A DNA stretch of 64,000 bases from Harriotta raleighana. Its lineage: Eukaryota. Below are positions 48,277 through 60,148 of this stretch, piece by piece. The translations under genes were made by a program, and so were the position numbers. Within the stretch, counting starts at the first letter, position 1, and the number at the start of each line of letters is the position of its first letter. The DNA lies in NCBI GenBank assembly GCA_050575255.1, contig JBNZDD010013730.1:1350559-1414558 (forward strand), given 5' to 3'. The notes under the pieces were generated by a model that was not told the origin of the DNA, searched no databases, and was given only the letters and a program-made list of their open reading frames with translations.

Positions 48277-51200
48277 TGCAACACTCTCTCTCCATTCCCC
48301 CCGCCTGGCCCCTACCCCTCTCCCATTTTTCTGCCTGAAAACCTTCCTTTTTGTCTGTGTTTATGAGTACCTCACCAACCCAACCAAACCAACCCCCCCA
48401 AAACCCCACACCAAGCTCAGAGAAGCGCTGAAACACTACCCTGCAATGGAGGGCGCAATATAAGTGCAAGTTGTGGTTGCTCTTACAATTAGTCAGATCA
48501 TACCAAACCAAACAAGTGATGGAACCCCAATTCCGATTACAAAATGGGATTAGATTCGCACTATTTGGCAAACGCCTCTGACATTCAGGACAAAAAGTAT
48601 TTTTAAGGTTGGATGAAAGATAAGGGAAAAAAAACCCACTTAAGAAATGAGAAAAGCACCCGATTTGGGAAATGCAATACTGTACTGTGTAAAAATACAA
48701 ACAGAGCAACATTAATGTGTGTTAAACTTTAATCTGTTGCACTAATTCCATTGTAGAAACACAACAAAGGACTTGCTACAGAGGATTTGCTACACGAACA
48801 GGCAGGTCATGCTAACCATCCCAGGTTAATGTAAGCTAACAAGCAACGTGATTCAGAAAGGGTACAGTACTCCCTGATAAACCAGCCTAACTTCTCTGCC
48901 ACACCCTCTGTTGTATTTCAAGACATTCAGAAAACCTTTGGCAAAGTGCACACACAAGAGTTCAAACTAAACGTTCTTTCACCTAAATAAAGATACCCAG
49001 GCGGGAGGGAGAGAGAGAGGGTGGGAGGACAAACCCAGTCCCCAAAGGGTCGGTCCATGGACCTAATGGCTTTCTGATTAAATGACACGTAAACACAAAC
49101 TGTTAGCTGGTCAAGTTAGCTAACCAGTCTAGGTACAAAGATAAGAGGATGCAGCAAAACATTTCAGGTCAGTTTTTCAAGTAGGGAGGCACAGAGCATT
49201 CAAAACTCGAAATGACTAGAAAATGTATTTATGAATGACCTAATAGGAGAGAATGCATAACCGATGAGAACACAGCCCAAGGTAATTGGTCAGAGGGAAC
49301 CAACCCAATCGAAACAACACATAGAATCAATAATTAGGTCATTAATGAATGAAGCTAGCTACTGGACTCAAAGAGCATTAACTGTGGCACGGAACGATAC
49401 CGCATTTTCTCGATTTACTTTGAATAGTAGGGTTTCGCCTGATGAAAACCAATCAATATTTGATATACTTGGGACACCCCCTTCCCCCAGCAAAGCTTCT
49501 TCCCAAATGGAAAGTTGATCAAGTTGTTACTCCTACACATCCATGTGTGGAAATCAAATGATTATACTCATTTTAATTTCAAATGTAATGCACCAATTAA
49601 ATGTACTGCTCTTATGTAAAAGGGCTGCTCTTTTTAAGTAACCCGTTAAAAAGTAAAAATTTTGCAAGGGTGTGTGGATGTGGGTGGGGGTGGAGAGGAG
49701 TTTGAATGTAGGTCTTGAACCCACAACCTTCTGACTCAGAGAGCCACCAATTGAAGCCAGCTGACGACCAAGATTAAGCCAACTAGTGAGGGGAACGTTC
49801 TCCGATAGTATCAGCCGCCCCATGTCAACAAGTTTTTCCTACATTTTACAATGCGCAAGTCAGATCACCTGCTCACATTTGTTTACTGCACGGGATGAAA
49901 AACCATCTTAAACCCAAAGACAGAAACAGCCTTCTCTCCACCTCCTGTTCACCTAAACCTATTAGATGGAGGCATTTGATTCTTTAATGCTAAGACGTTA
50001 AGATCCAAATTGAAAGCCAAAGTGTAGCCAATCAATAATTCTAATCAACCCACAAGTTAACGTTCTAAGCCTCAACTCGTTTGCTTCTGGAACAGGATTT
50101 CTTCAGTTCAGTTCAGCCTGAACTCAGTCAGTCAATCGGAACACTAATTCCAGGAGTCCTTAATTATTGGCCACTACAAATGACCTCCCTCCCATCATAT
50201 CAATGGGTCGAGACTCTAATTGAATTTGCAAGACAGAAGGGATTGGATTCAAAAGGGTCCGGTGGATTTTTGAGTGTTCTTTGCGAACCTGTAGTTGATA
50301 AGGAATTTGGATCTTTCGAGCTATAATGTAAGAGTACATCTCTCCTGGCCCGTCAGGTAGCAGGGAAAGAGTCAGTAATGCAATGGAACCATACCTCTCT
50401 CTCCACCCCACCCACCCTTCCCTCAAGGGAGGAAAATAAAATAAAGTAGGGTTCTCCCAGATTCTGTGAAGTGGGAAGTTCAGGTGCAATACTGGTTCCA
50501 AGGTCACAGAACCATTTTATGCGCGAGTGTGAATAAGTCCCATACTTATCTGCCTGCTTTATACAAGCGGATTCCTGCATCACCAGACTATTTCCTCGTA
50601 CAAAAACAGGCCAAGCAAAAGCCTTCACCACGTTGACTCGCAACTCTTCATGACCTCGATTAAGTAGGTTTGCTCCAGATTGTAGTTCCATTAAAAAAAC
50701 ACACACTAAAGTTTCTAGCGCAATTCTAGATCCAATTAATTCTTCTTAATCCTTAAAACACAGGAAGGTGGATTCAAATATTTATTCACACGTGGGTGCT
50801 GAGCTGTTTGTCTTGCCTGTGTACTGGTTGGTACCCTTCACATCACCATTTAGTAACGCTTGCATTTGATTTAATCCACATCGGGAGGACGTCTCATTGT
50901 GTTTGTCCTGATTTACCGCAAAGTGGGCACCAATGCAGCAGCCAATCGAACACAGCAATGTGCCAGGTCGTGTTAAACAGAAGAATTAACTGCTCCCTCC
51001 CTCCCTCCCTCGNGCCAATCGAACACAGCAATGTGCCAGGTCGTGTTAAACAGAAGAATTAACTGCTCCCTCCCTCCCTCGCTCGCTCGCTCGCAAATTC
51101 AGACCGGAGTGGACTGGAGTCCACGGATAAGGTAGAGCATCACCGACACTTGTGACAAAGGACTGCTGTGTCTGGCACCAGCAGTTCAGGAAGTTAAACA

Positions 51201-52167
51201 TTCACACAATGCAAACAGAGGCGCTGATCTCGGAGCATTGACTGGCACGGCCGCTTCCAAGAGACGACCTTGTGCGCATTCGCCCTGATAAAGGAGCATC
51301 TGTTAAGTCCTGATCCTTTTCAAATCGGGATTCCAGAGGCTCCCTCGGGAGCGGCTTCTCTCCTCGGGTCTGCTCCCCGAGTTTGTAGAACTCCAGGACC
51401 AAAGGGAGCAACGCCTCCAACGAAGCAGCCTATCCGCCAAGTGCTAGCCCCAATCCACGATTTCAATCGGAGGCCACACCTGGCTCCCGAGAAAGGTGCC
51501 CGAGCTCTGTATTTTGGGAGCAAGGCTATTTCAGCCTTAATTCAATTTTAATTGCTTTATGCGGGGGCTTAAGGCAGTCGTGGGAAACTGTCTTCTTGCA
51601 AATTTGATTCAATTGCTCAAAGCATCCGAAATAAAAGTCTATTCGGAGTGCGCAGCTTTCAGAACTGGTGGATCAGTTGTGATTAATGAACATTTAGCAT
51701 TTTACACTGAAGATGGCTATGAATCTTTGGTGACAATTATAGCGTTTCGGATCCAGTCCGGGTCTCGCCTGAGCTAGACTTGCCTATTAAGTTGACGTTG
51801 CTGCGAGATCTGGGATATAGAAATAAATGCATGGAACGTAGTCACAAAGTACATTTAGGCTCCGAGTGGCTGTGTCAGATTCGATTCGCGAGGAAGAATT
51901 TACAATTTACGACAGCTCCACAGATTCATGACCTCACTTTCGCTGGTTAATAACGAAACTGAACGGTGGCTTTTCACAGGGCGGGTGGGTTTAAACAAGA
52001 ACAGAAGTTCGTGCAATAGTGCAATAAGGTGCTAGTAAAATACTATCCAGCTCAGTGCAAGCTGCACATTTCCCCAGCAAGGTCATAAACAAAACTGAAG
52101 ATGGCATGAATCCAGACCACATTACCAGTACAATAAATTTTAAAAATCTGGAATCTTTCTCGCTTAC

Positions 52168-52248
52168 CCGGAGAGCTCTGGGGCTATTGGAGGTATCTAT
52201 TGGATCGCATCGAAATGTGTATCCTGTAGCCCATCCAGACATCAGGAA
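52168..52248 (-). CDS. ELOVL1: ELOVL1 coding exon 3
   Basis: [27 protein letters not shown]. Confidence 0.97.
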
Positions 52249-53505
52249 CTGTTGGGGAGAAGAAAAACTGCATTAGGATTAATATTCTAACTAAAGACGC
52301 TGTCTCAGTCACAAGATGGGACAATAGAGCTTCCAACCATGGGATAAGAGTTTTACACCACATGGAACAGAGATTCTCATCACCTTATAATGATTATATA
52401 CGTAATGCATTACATTATTTTTACCCCCATTCCGCAACCCACTATTTCCAGACGTGAGCATTTCCAGTAGGGGGCATTGGGATAGTGATCAGAAACTGGG
52501 AAACCCTGGGCTGATTCTCTCCTGCGGCTGAGACTAATTACTGTGTGATGCCCCCAACCGCCAACCCAGGTAATATCAGGTTAATATTGTTATTTTTATT
52601 TTTATTATATCAGGTAATGGGTTTCAGATCCAGAATCAAACTTGTGACCGACTGTCCTGAACACTTTAACGGATAAAAATGTGATGAACGACCAAGGGAG
52701 CCATTTTATTTTTGGGAAGGTCCTTTACAAGTTCCTCCGAACTCAGGCAGTGTTATTCCCACTGATGTCACTTCTGACGTAACCACCGCTCTCCTGATAT
52801 CAAACACTCGCTCGAACTATCACGGACTTTCTTTATGTCCTTCTGCTGCTCCATCACAGCTCCACTCCAGCAAACTCCCTCCCAATCTCCCAGTTCATCC
52901 CAAACCACACCTAGGCAGCTACCACCACGTTCGTGAAACCGACCAGGATAAGTCAACTTAAGTTTGGGGTCTCTTGAATTGTTAAGATTCGTCACTTAAT
53001 TATCTTTAGGAAATTAACCAATGAGTTCGGATATTATCCAATAATTAAACATCAATTCTACAATACAAATAGGTTTATTCCAATCAAGGAACATTCAGGC
53101 TGCCATTCAGCTCATTGTGTCTGTTCTACTAAATTTACTAGTTCTTGGCAAATCTTTTAATCCCAATCCCTGCCCTTTCACCACTTCCCTCTATGACCCC
53201 AAGTAACTCTCTCTTTGAAACTTCCTATTGATCCTACCTCTATAGCCCATGTCTTATGGCATAATCCAAGAAATATTCATTCCAAGCAAATGTATTTCAT
53301 TTGCCCTTCAAAAAGGATTAGGTTGAGGACCCCAACGAAACTCGTTTGATAACAGACCACCACATTTTCAGAAACTGAGCCAGTCCCTGCTATCAGTAAG
53401 GTTAAGGAACACTGCTCTAAAGTGACCTCAGTTGATAGGAACTAACTTTTGCCTAGGTTTTCAAACTTTTCCAGCCCAACGCGAATAAGTGAGAAGTGGA
53501 CATAC

Positions 53506-53696
53506 CTCGTACACTATAAATATCGAGAAAAAGACCAGTCCAAAGTTATAGACAACCATAATCTTCTTAAGGTCAAAGGGTTTTCTGCCAGCCATTAATC
53601 TCGGGCCCAGCGACAAGATAAAGTACACATAGAACAAGAGGATAGCCGTCATGGGGAGCGGAGAAGTCATGAAGGGGTATTCAGTGATCCTGGGAT
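53506..53696 (-). CDS. ELOVL1: ELOVL1 coding exon 2
   Basis: [41 protein letters not shown]...FIVYE. Confidence 0.97.
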
Positions 53697-53939
53697 CTGC
53701 AAACACAAAAAATATAAAATTAGAATCAAATCAATGATAAAAACCATTCCAGATACATAGTCAATTAATGTAAGCCGTATGCCACCTGAGCATCAGAGAA
53801 TCTATTACGAGAGGAGATTTTAAAATAAGAAAATGGAGAGTAGNAATCTATTACGAGAGGAGATTTTAAAATAAGGAAATGGAGAGTAGTCCCAACTCTT
53901 TATTCCCTACTCCAGGTGATGCTGTAATGATCACAGGTG

Positions 53940-54193
53940 GTTCACGTCTTCTAGACGTCTCAAAGCACTTCAGAAAATATTCTGTAAAGTGAATCGACTG
54001 TATATATGTGAGTGAAGTGCGGCAGCTAATTGCACACAGCAGTGTCCCCCCAACAAACAGTCGTGGATTGAAACGACCCAATTTTTTTTTCGAGGGATTA
54101 TTATTAGGCAACGTTGAGTAAAGAAACTTGCCTAAGGTTTCAAACCCTGCCTGGAATCGAACCAGGTTTCTAACCACTGTGCTACAAGACTCC
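53940..54193 (-). mobile_element. tRNA-derived SINE, partially deleted
   Basis: Same family as 13942. Confidence 0.75.
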
Positions 54194-54519
54194 ACAGTGA
54201 AGGTTAGCAGTACTATTGATAAGAGAGCACACAGTCACTTTCCAGGAGCGAGGATGAGATCTTTAGCAGAGAGAGAGAGAAAAAAAAAAAATCATAGCAA
54301 ATTGTTTGCTCTTCTATAATCTGGAAACAGTGAAGCCAAAAGCTGACATCACCCATCACAGAGCAGTAGTCAACGCTCTGTGTCGACCAATGCCGTACAA
54401 AATATTTAAGCAACTGAGTCATGAATTGTCTCCCAGGATGATTCGAAAAAAAAGAGGGTAAATGTTGTGGGTGTTAATTTTTAATCCTCATCGATAGACC
54501 TGGAGCGGTCGTATCCCGT

Positions 54520-54880
54520 TATCCTTGTTGTACAACGCTCACAAGACACACTGCAAAGTGGAGTGACTTGTGTGCTGTGGGTGAATGTGCCAAGCCGATT
54601 CTCGCACACAGCAACGTTCTACAAATGACTGGTTTTATTTGGGGGGCGGTGGGAGGGGGGAAATTAAGTCAAGGCACCAGGAGAATTCCCGACTCAAAAC
54701 TATTTACACAGGGAGCCTTAGAAGTCCACCCGGACAGGCAGACGGGACTTTGGTGTTTAACGTTTCATTCAAAAGGACTGCAGTTCAACCAATACAGCAT
54801 TACAATGGAGCATCAGCACAGACTAGAGTTCCACGATCCGACTCAGGTTGGAACCCACAACCTTCTCACTCGATCGGCCG
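54520..54880 (-). mobile_element. Degraded DeuSINE copy
   Basis: Same head and core motifs as 6715-7125. Confidence 0.5.
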
Positions 54881-55571
54881 TTTCCTTGATGGCAATTGCG
54901 TCGATTCTATAATCCTATAACTTCTCTGGCACAAAAAAAAATCCTTTCAGGAAACCAAAGGTCACTTCTGAAACTGGCCGCCCGGGACGGTGGGTAGTGA
55001 CTGGAGCTAACGAGGAGTTCACTGAAAGCATTTTCGCCCGAGTCAAGCAGGCGAGTAAAGCTCGTAAACAAGAAATGGATCTACAATTTTAAGGACGAGT
55101 AGGTCAAAGGTTTGGGGACAATGAGTAATAAACGGTTTGTCGGCCTGACTTGGGAGAGCAGTGAACTTGAGGAATGCGGGTTCAAGCAACCACGTTAGGA
55201 TTTTTAAAAACGCTTTTCAGTTACAATATATAGCTGAAAGGGTTGTGAACTCTGAAGCCTGCTTGTTCGGGTGGATATTAAAGATCCCGAGGCGTTATTC
55301 AAAACAGGAAGGGAGTTTCTCCCAGCGTCCTGGCCAACAAATAAAAATGTTTTGCTTTGCGACGGTTTGTGGGGATATTCCTGCGTGCGAAAATGGAAAA
55401 TGCCTACGATAGGGTTTTGCAATAATATTCTGTGAAGTGCTTTGGGACGTTCTCCTGAGGTGAAAGGCACCANATAGGGTTTTGCAATAATATTCTGTGA
55501 AGTGCTTTGGGACGTTCTCCTGATGTGAAAGGCACCAGCTACGTTAANATTACAGTTTAAAGGTTTTGCGT

Positions 55572-55603
<32 letters not shown>

Positions 55604-55625
55604 GTTACAGAGGGCAGACAGTCAC

Positions 55626-55686
55626 CTGATTTTTTGAGGAGATCCTCATAGGCCTGGGCCATGCTTGCCCCCACCTCTGCCAACAT
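55626..55686 (-). CDS. ELOVL1: ELOVL1 coding exon 1 (exon acceptor boundary at 55715)
   Basis: accATG, MLAEVGASMAQAYEDLLKKS, then G|gtgact; phase 1 joins DPR; total CDS 918 nt, 305 aa. Confidence 0.9.
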
Positions 55687-56027
55687 GGTTACAAACAGCC
55701 ACCACTTCCCGCAGCCTAAAAAGGGGGCAGAACACAAACACAACCAGCGTTAGGTTAGCACGAGACGAAGGAACAGTACATCGACCACTGATACAAAGAT
55801 ACAGAGTGCAGTACAAGGCAAGTACTATTGAGACAGAAGGCAAAATGGATAATTCCCGCAACACACAGACCTCCTGACCCACCAATTTAGCAAAATTACA
55901 AAATTAAATTGATGTTTAACATTGACAACAACATAGCAAGGACAGACTCTCAATTGTTCCCTCTTCTTCCCCCCTCCCCCCACCTTCCAAATAAACACCA
56001 TGTAATATATATCAGCGTGGGAGCATT

Positions 56028-56150
56028 GAACATAAGAATTAGGAGTAGGCCATTCAGCCCTTCGAGCCTGCCCCGTCATTCAATAAGATCATGGCTGATC
56101 TTCTGACCTGACTCTAATTACCTGCCCTATCCCCATATCCCCTAATCCCT
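56028..56150 (-). mobile_element. CR1-type LINE 3' tail
   Basis: Plus strand gaacataagaattaggagtaggccattcagcccttcgagcctg. Confidence 0.75.
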
Positions 56151-56373
56151 TGATGGTGTTCCACGGGGGATGGGGGGTTGGGTGGGGGGGTGGAGGGGAG
56201 GGGCAGAGCAGACAACAAAGTCTGAATTTCAGTAACATGCTGATTTAACATTCAGACCAACATGTGAGCTCTGTGAGCGCAAAACTGGCGTTCGCAGATT
56301 TTCCTGCCTTAGCGTTGCTGCCTCCCATAATGTGCTGTGCGCCATCACTTGCACATTAGAAAAAATGCCCACT

Positions 56374-56513
56374 GCACAGAACGCAAAATTCTGCAGATGC
56401 TAGGAATTCGAAACAAGCCCAGTGAAATGGCTGGGAAAAACTCAGCGGGTCAGGCAGCATCCATGGAGAAAGGAAAAGTGAGTCGACGTTTCGGGTCCGT
56501 GACCCTTAGTCAG
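56374..56513 (-). mobile_element. Penelope-like element terminal fragment with a degenerate hammerhead motif
   Basis: Plus strand gaaaaactcagcgggtcaggcagcatc...gacgtttcgggtcc..gaccctt..tcag resembles chondrichthyan Penelope repeats (from memory). Confidence 0.65.
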
Positions 56514-57249
56514 TAAAAAAAAACACACACCACCACTGTTTGCTGCTCAATACTGAAGATGCTCCCAACACAAAAGTGATGGAACAGTTAGTTCACTCGT
56601 AACGTTCAGCCACTTCTTGAAACTCTCAAACCCATCTAAAGCCCCAGTTACGTATCACATAACCATTAAGGGCTGAAGAAGTGAACAGCAGTGTTCCAGG
56701 TACTAACCTTCAGCAAATTCTGGTAGACACCCTTCTAACAGTCAGACGCCTTTTACGTGTGAGAGGATCACAGGAGAGCTCTTTCCTTAACAGCACAGCA
56801 GTTTACACAGAAGTCTATACAAAAGAAATGCTGACAGATTAGAATATTAATTTGAATTTTTGTTACTGCGCTTTAAAAATACCACGTAAGAGTATGAACT
56901 ACTCTCCACTGGGTCTGGCCTGCTCCGTGTCCCCCGAATCCTCCGCTCCACTCTCGGCGGCCCAATATAAATCAAAGTTGTTGTTGTCGTACGCTGTTTA
57001 TATGGTCCATCAGACACACAGATTTCCCCACCCATTGACCCCAGTACCACAATGTCCCACCCATTCTCATGTCATTATGAGAATGTGTCATTCTCTTACC
57101 GATATTCCCAGCTTTACTTGAATAAATTGATCAGACTTTATTCGAATGCTTATCTTCACAACCCTTTGCAAAGGAGACTCTCAATGGACCCAGGAAACTA
57201 TTACTTCTGAACAACATCCAGTCGCTGCTGGGAATGGAGATGAACAAAT

Positions 57250-57555
57250 GGAGAGTTCTGTAGCTCGGTGGTCAGAGCACTCAGCTCACAAGCTTGCACA
57301 GCTCAATACCCAGGCAGGGTGAAACCTTGGGCAAGTTTCCTTACTCCGCACACCTGATAATAATCCCTCAAGAAAAAAAAACAGCAAGAAAAATTGGTCA
57401 CTTCAATCCATGACTGTTTGTGGGTCTCTTCTGTGGGGCAATGGGCTGCTGCGTTTCGCCTGCAAATATACAGTCAAACCACTTTACAGGATATTCTGTG
57501 AAACGTTTTCAGACGTCTGGAAGACGTGAAAAGCGCGACATAAAATTATTATTAC
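57250..57555 (+). mobile_element. tRNA-derived SINE, diverged full length
   Basis: Same family as 13942. Confidence 0.8.
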
Positions 57556-57925
57556 TGATAATAAATGATGCGGAGGAATCCTGGCCAAAAATGCTGTTGC
57601 CAAGGAATTCCCAAGTTCATCGTCACCCTTGTTCTGTCCCCCACCCCCCTTCCCACCTTCCCCTCCCAGTCTTCACACGCACCCAGATCGTATAGTACTA
57701 TCAGACATCAGGCTCTCCGCCAGAAACTAAAGGTGAGGAATTACGCATACTTATCATATTGTGAAATCAGGTCTGTGCTGCAGCTTATCGCTGTTCTGTG
57801 TGTAATGGCTGCTTAGGTCTTTTGTCACTTGCATTTACGCCACATAAGTTCAGGAACACAAGACGCACAAATTCACACACTGTGGGTGGAGGCCGTTTCA
57901 CCCACAAAACAGTCAACTCAATTTA

Positions 57926-58155
57926 CAGGACACTTAAGTCCTCGCTCAACGTCGCAGTTGTGTTCGCGCAAAGTGCGACTTTAAGCGCATCGAAGTTAAG
58001 CGAACCCGCGCAAGAATACCGGAAGTTCAGCGTGTGTGTACGCCTACGCCAGCCAAAGTAGTTAGTTTCCCACCCCCGCACGAACGACATAATAGCGAAA
58101 ACGTCACAACGTAATAACAACGTGGACCAAAGCAACGTCAAGCGAGGTCTACCTG
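57926..58155. mobile_element. Second Tc1/mariner-type MITE, nested in a SINE tail
   Basis: TA-CAGG..CCTCGCTCAACGTCGC...GCAACGTCAAGCGAGGTCTACCTG-TA. Confidence 0.7.
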
Positions 58156-60093
58156 TACTTTCTGTGAAGCGTTTTGAGACGTCTCGAAGACATGACAAGG
58201 CGTTCTACATCAAATGCAAAGGGGTTGTTTCCTCTTATTGCTGGCAGGAAAGAGTCTTAAAAAGCATGCCACAAATCTAGGCTTGTGAACTCTCACACTG
58301 TTGGCAATGAATAATGTTCTTTGTTGGGAAAGAACAGGCTCAACGGCCACAAGTTGACACACAAACTAATGTGAAAGCATAAGCCACTTGTACACTCGGA
58401 ACACATTGCTGCGGGAGCTACGTAAAAACTCGGCTTATTTTAATGCCGCTTACTCTTAAAACACATTCAGGGACACTAAATCTGGGTGATCTTCATAGTC
58501 TCTTTACTACGGTCCCATCGGTCAGCCCCACCCTCTTTCCCTCCACCCTCCCCGACCCCAGCTCGGGTCTGAAAAAGTGACTGTCCGGCACTTTTGGACG
58601 TCCTCCTGACGTGAAAGGCACTTTACAGTACAAGTGTAGTTTTGTTGTTGTTTCGTTGTTGTTTTACAGGACAGAGATATTGTGCTTCCATTTGATGGTT
58701 CCAGGTACTTTTCCAGATACCGAAAAGGCTCCCGTACAAGATATTGAGCAAAACGCCACAACAGCATTGAGATAGACCCCCTCCCACCACCCCTCCCCAC
58801 ACCCAAATTTGATCTGTCTCTTAGCCCCATGTCATCAATCTGCTCACAAGGTGAAACCATCAGAAATATCCAGCATTTACTCAACAATAAATTCTCATTC
58901 ATGACACACTCTCCTCGAGGCAGGGTGGAACGTAAAAATCCACAAACCCCTTCAGCAAAACATCTTTGCTTCTACACACAAAGGTAAATAGACAAGAGTT
59001 TACCTTTTAACAAAATCAGTGTAATATAATTACCAATAAAAACAGTTGCTGGGATACACCAATGAAACCTTAGTAACAAAAAAAAACACACCTCACTATG
59101 TTTGTTAAAGGAGGACAGTCCCTACAAAACCAGAGAAACAGAAACATTTCCAATTTAGGCAAGTTCATTACATCACCTCTAAGATCCAATGGGACAGTGA
59201 CAACAGTTCAGATGTTTCCTCTGGAGGGAATTGGATGCCACAGAGACAAACCCGATCCCTCTCCCCCCCTCCATTGCTCTGGACCCTACCGAACTGTTCA
59301 GCGCCTTGGGACGTCCTCCCGACGGGAAAGGCGCTCTATAAATGTAAGTTTGGATTGATTAATTGATTGAGTGATTGATTCCTGGTCCCAGTGAGCTATG
59401 CCACCGTCAGGTGTTACAACTGATCTGAAACAAACGAGACAGGAATCAAAAACTCGGAACTTGCTCCGATTCCCGAATTGGCCGACAAATGGGAGAGTGT
59501 GTGTATGAGTTTGTAGATAACAGCTTATCAAAATTCCACTTGGTCTTAAGATTCAGATGCGTCTTAAAATGTTTCGAAAGCTTAAGACGCGACTGGAAAG
59601 AGTGTGTGTTTTCTTTTACAACAAAAAAAAACACTCAACCAAAGGCTTCCAAACTGAAAGATTTGAATTGAGGAATTGTAGAAAATTTGTCTCGAGACCC
59701 AATGTGAAGTTTCAGATCGTAGGTACGATGGGGGGGGGGGGGGGGNGGGGGGTGAATGGTCAATTAGTTTGGCAACACTCAATGTCTGCCTTTCACGTCA
59801 GGAAGACGTCATTGTTTCAGTCCGAGCTGGGGACGGGGGAGGCTGGAGTGAAATGGGGAGGGGGGGGAATTTGGAGTGACCGATGGGACCGTCGAAGAGG
59901 AGGGTCTTGAGGCGGGAATTGAAGGAGGCCTGGGGGGTGTGGGGGCGAGCTGGAGGGACTGGAGGATGGAGTTTCACAGGTTGGGGACAGGAGTGGCTGA
60001 AGCCTCAGCAACCCAAGCCCTGACCCAAGAGGAACTTTTGGAAAACTAATTTTGAAGGATGTACTGGACTAAGTTTCATTATCTAAACTTTAN

Positions 60094-60148
<55 letters not shown>

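Noticed and set aside
44303-55686. Assignment as ELOVL7
   Set aside because: [24 protein letters not shown] and [11 protein letters not shown] are ELOVL1-type, and the MED8/SZT2 neighbourhood fits ELOVL1
60094-60147. Long poly-G run
   Set aside because: Adjacent to an N and likely a sequencing or assembly artefact
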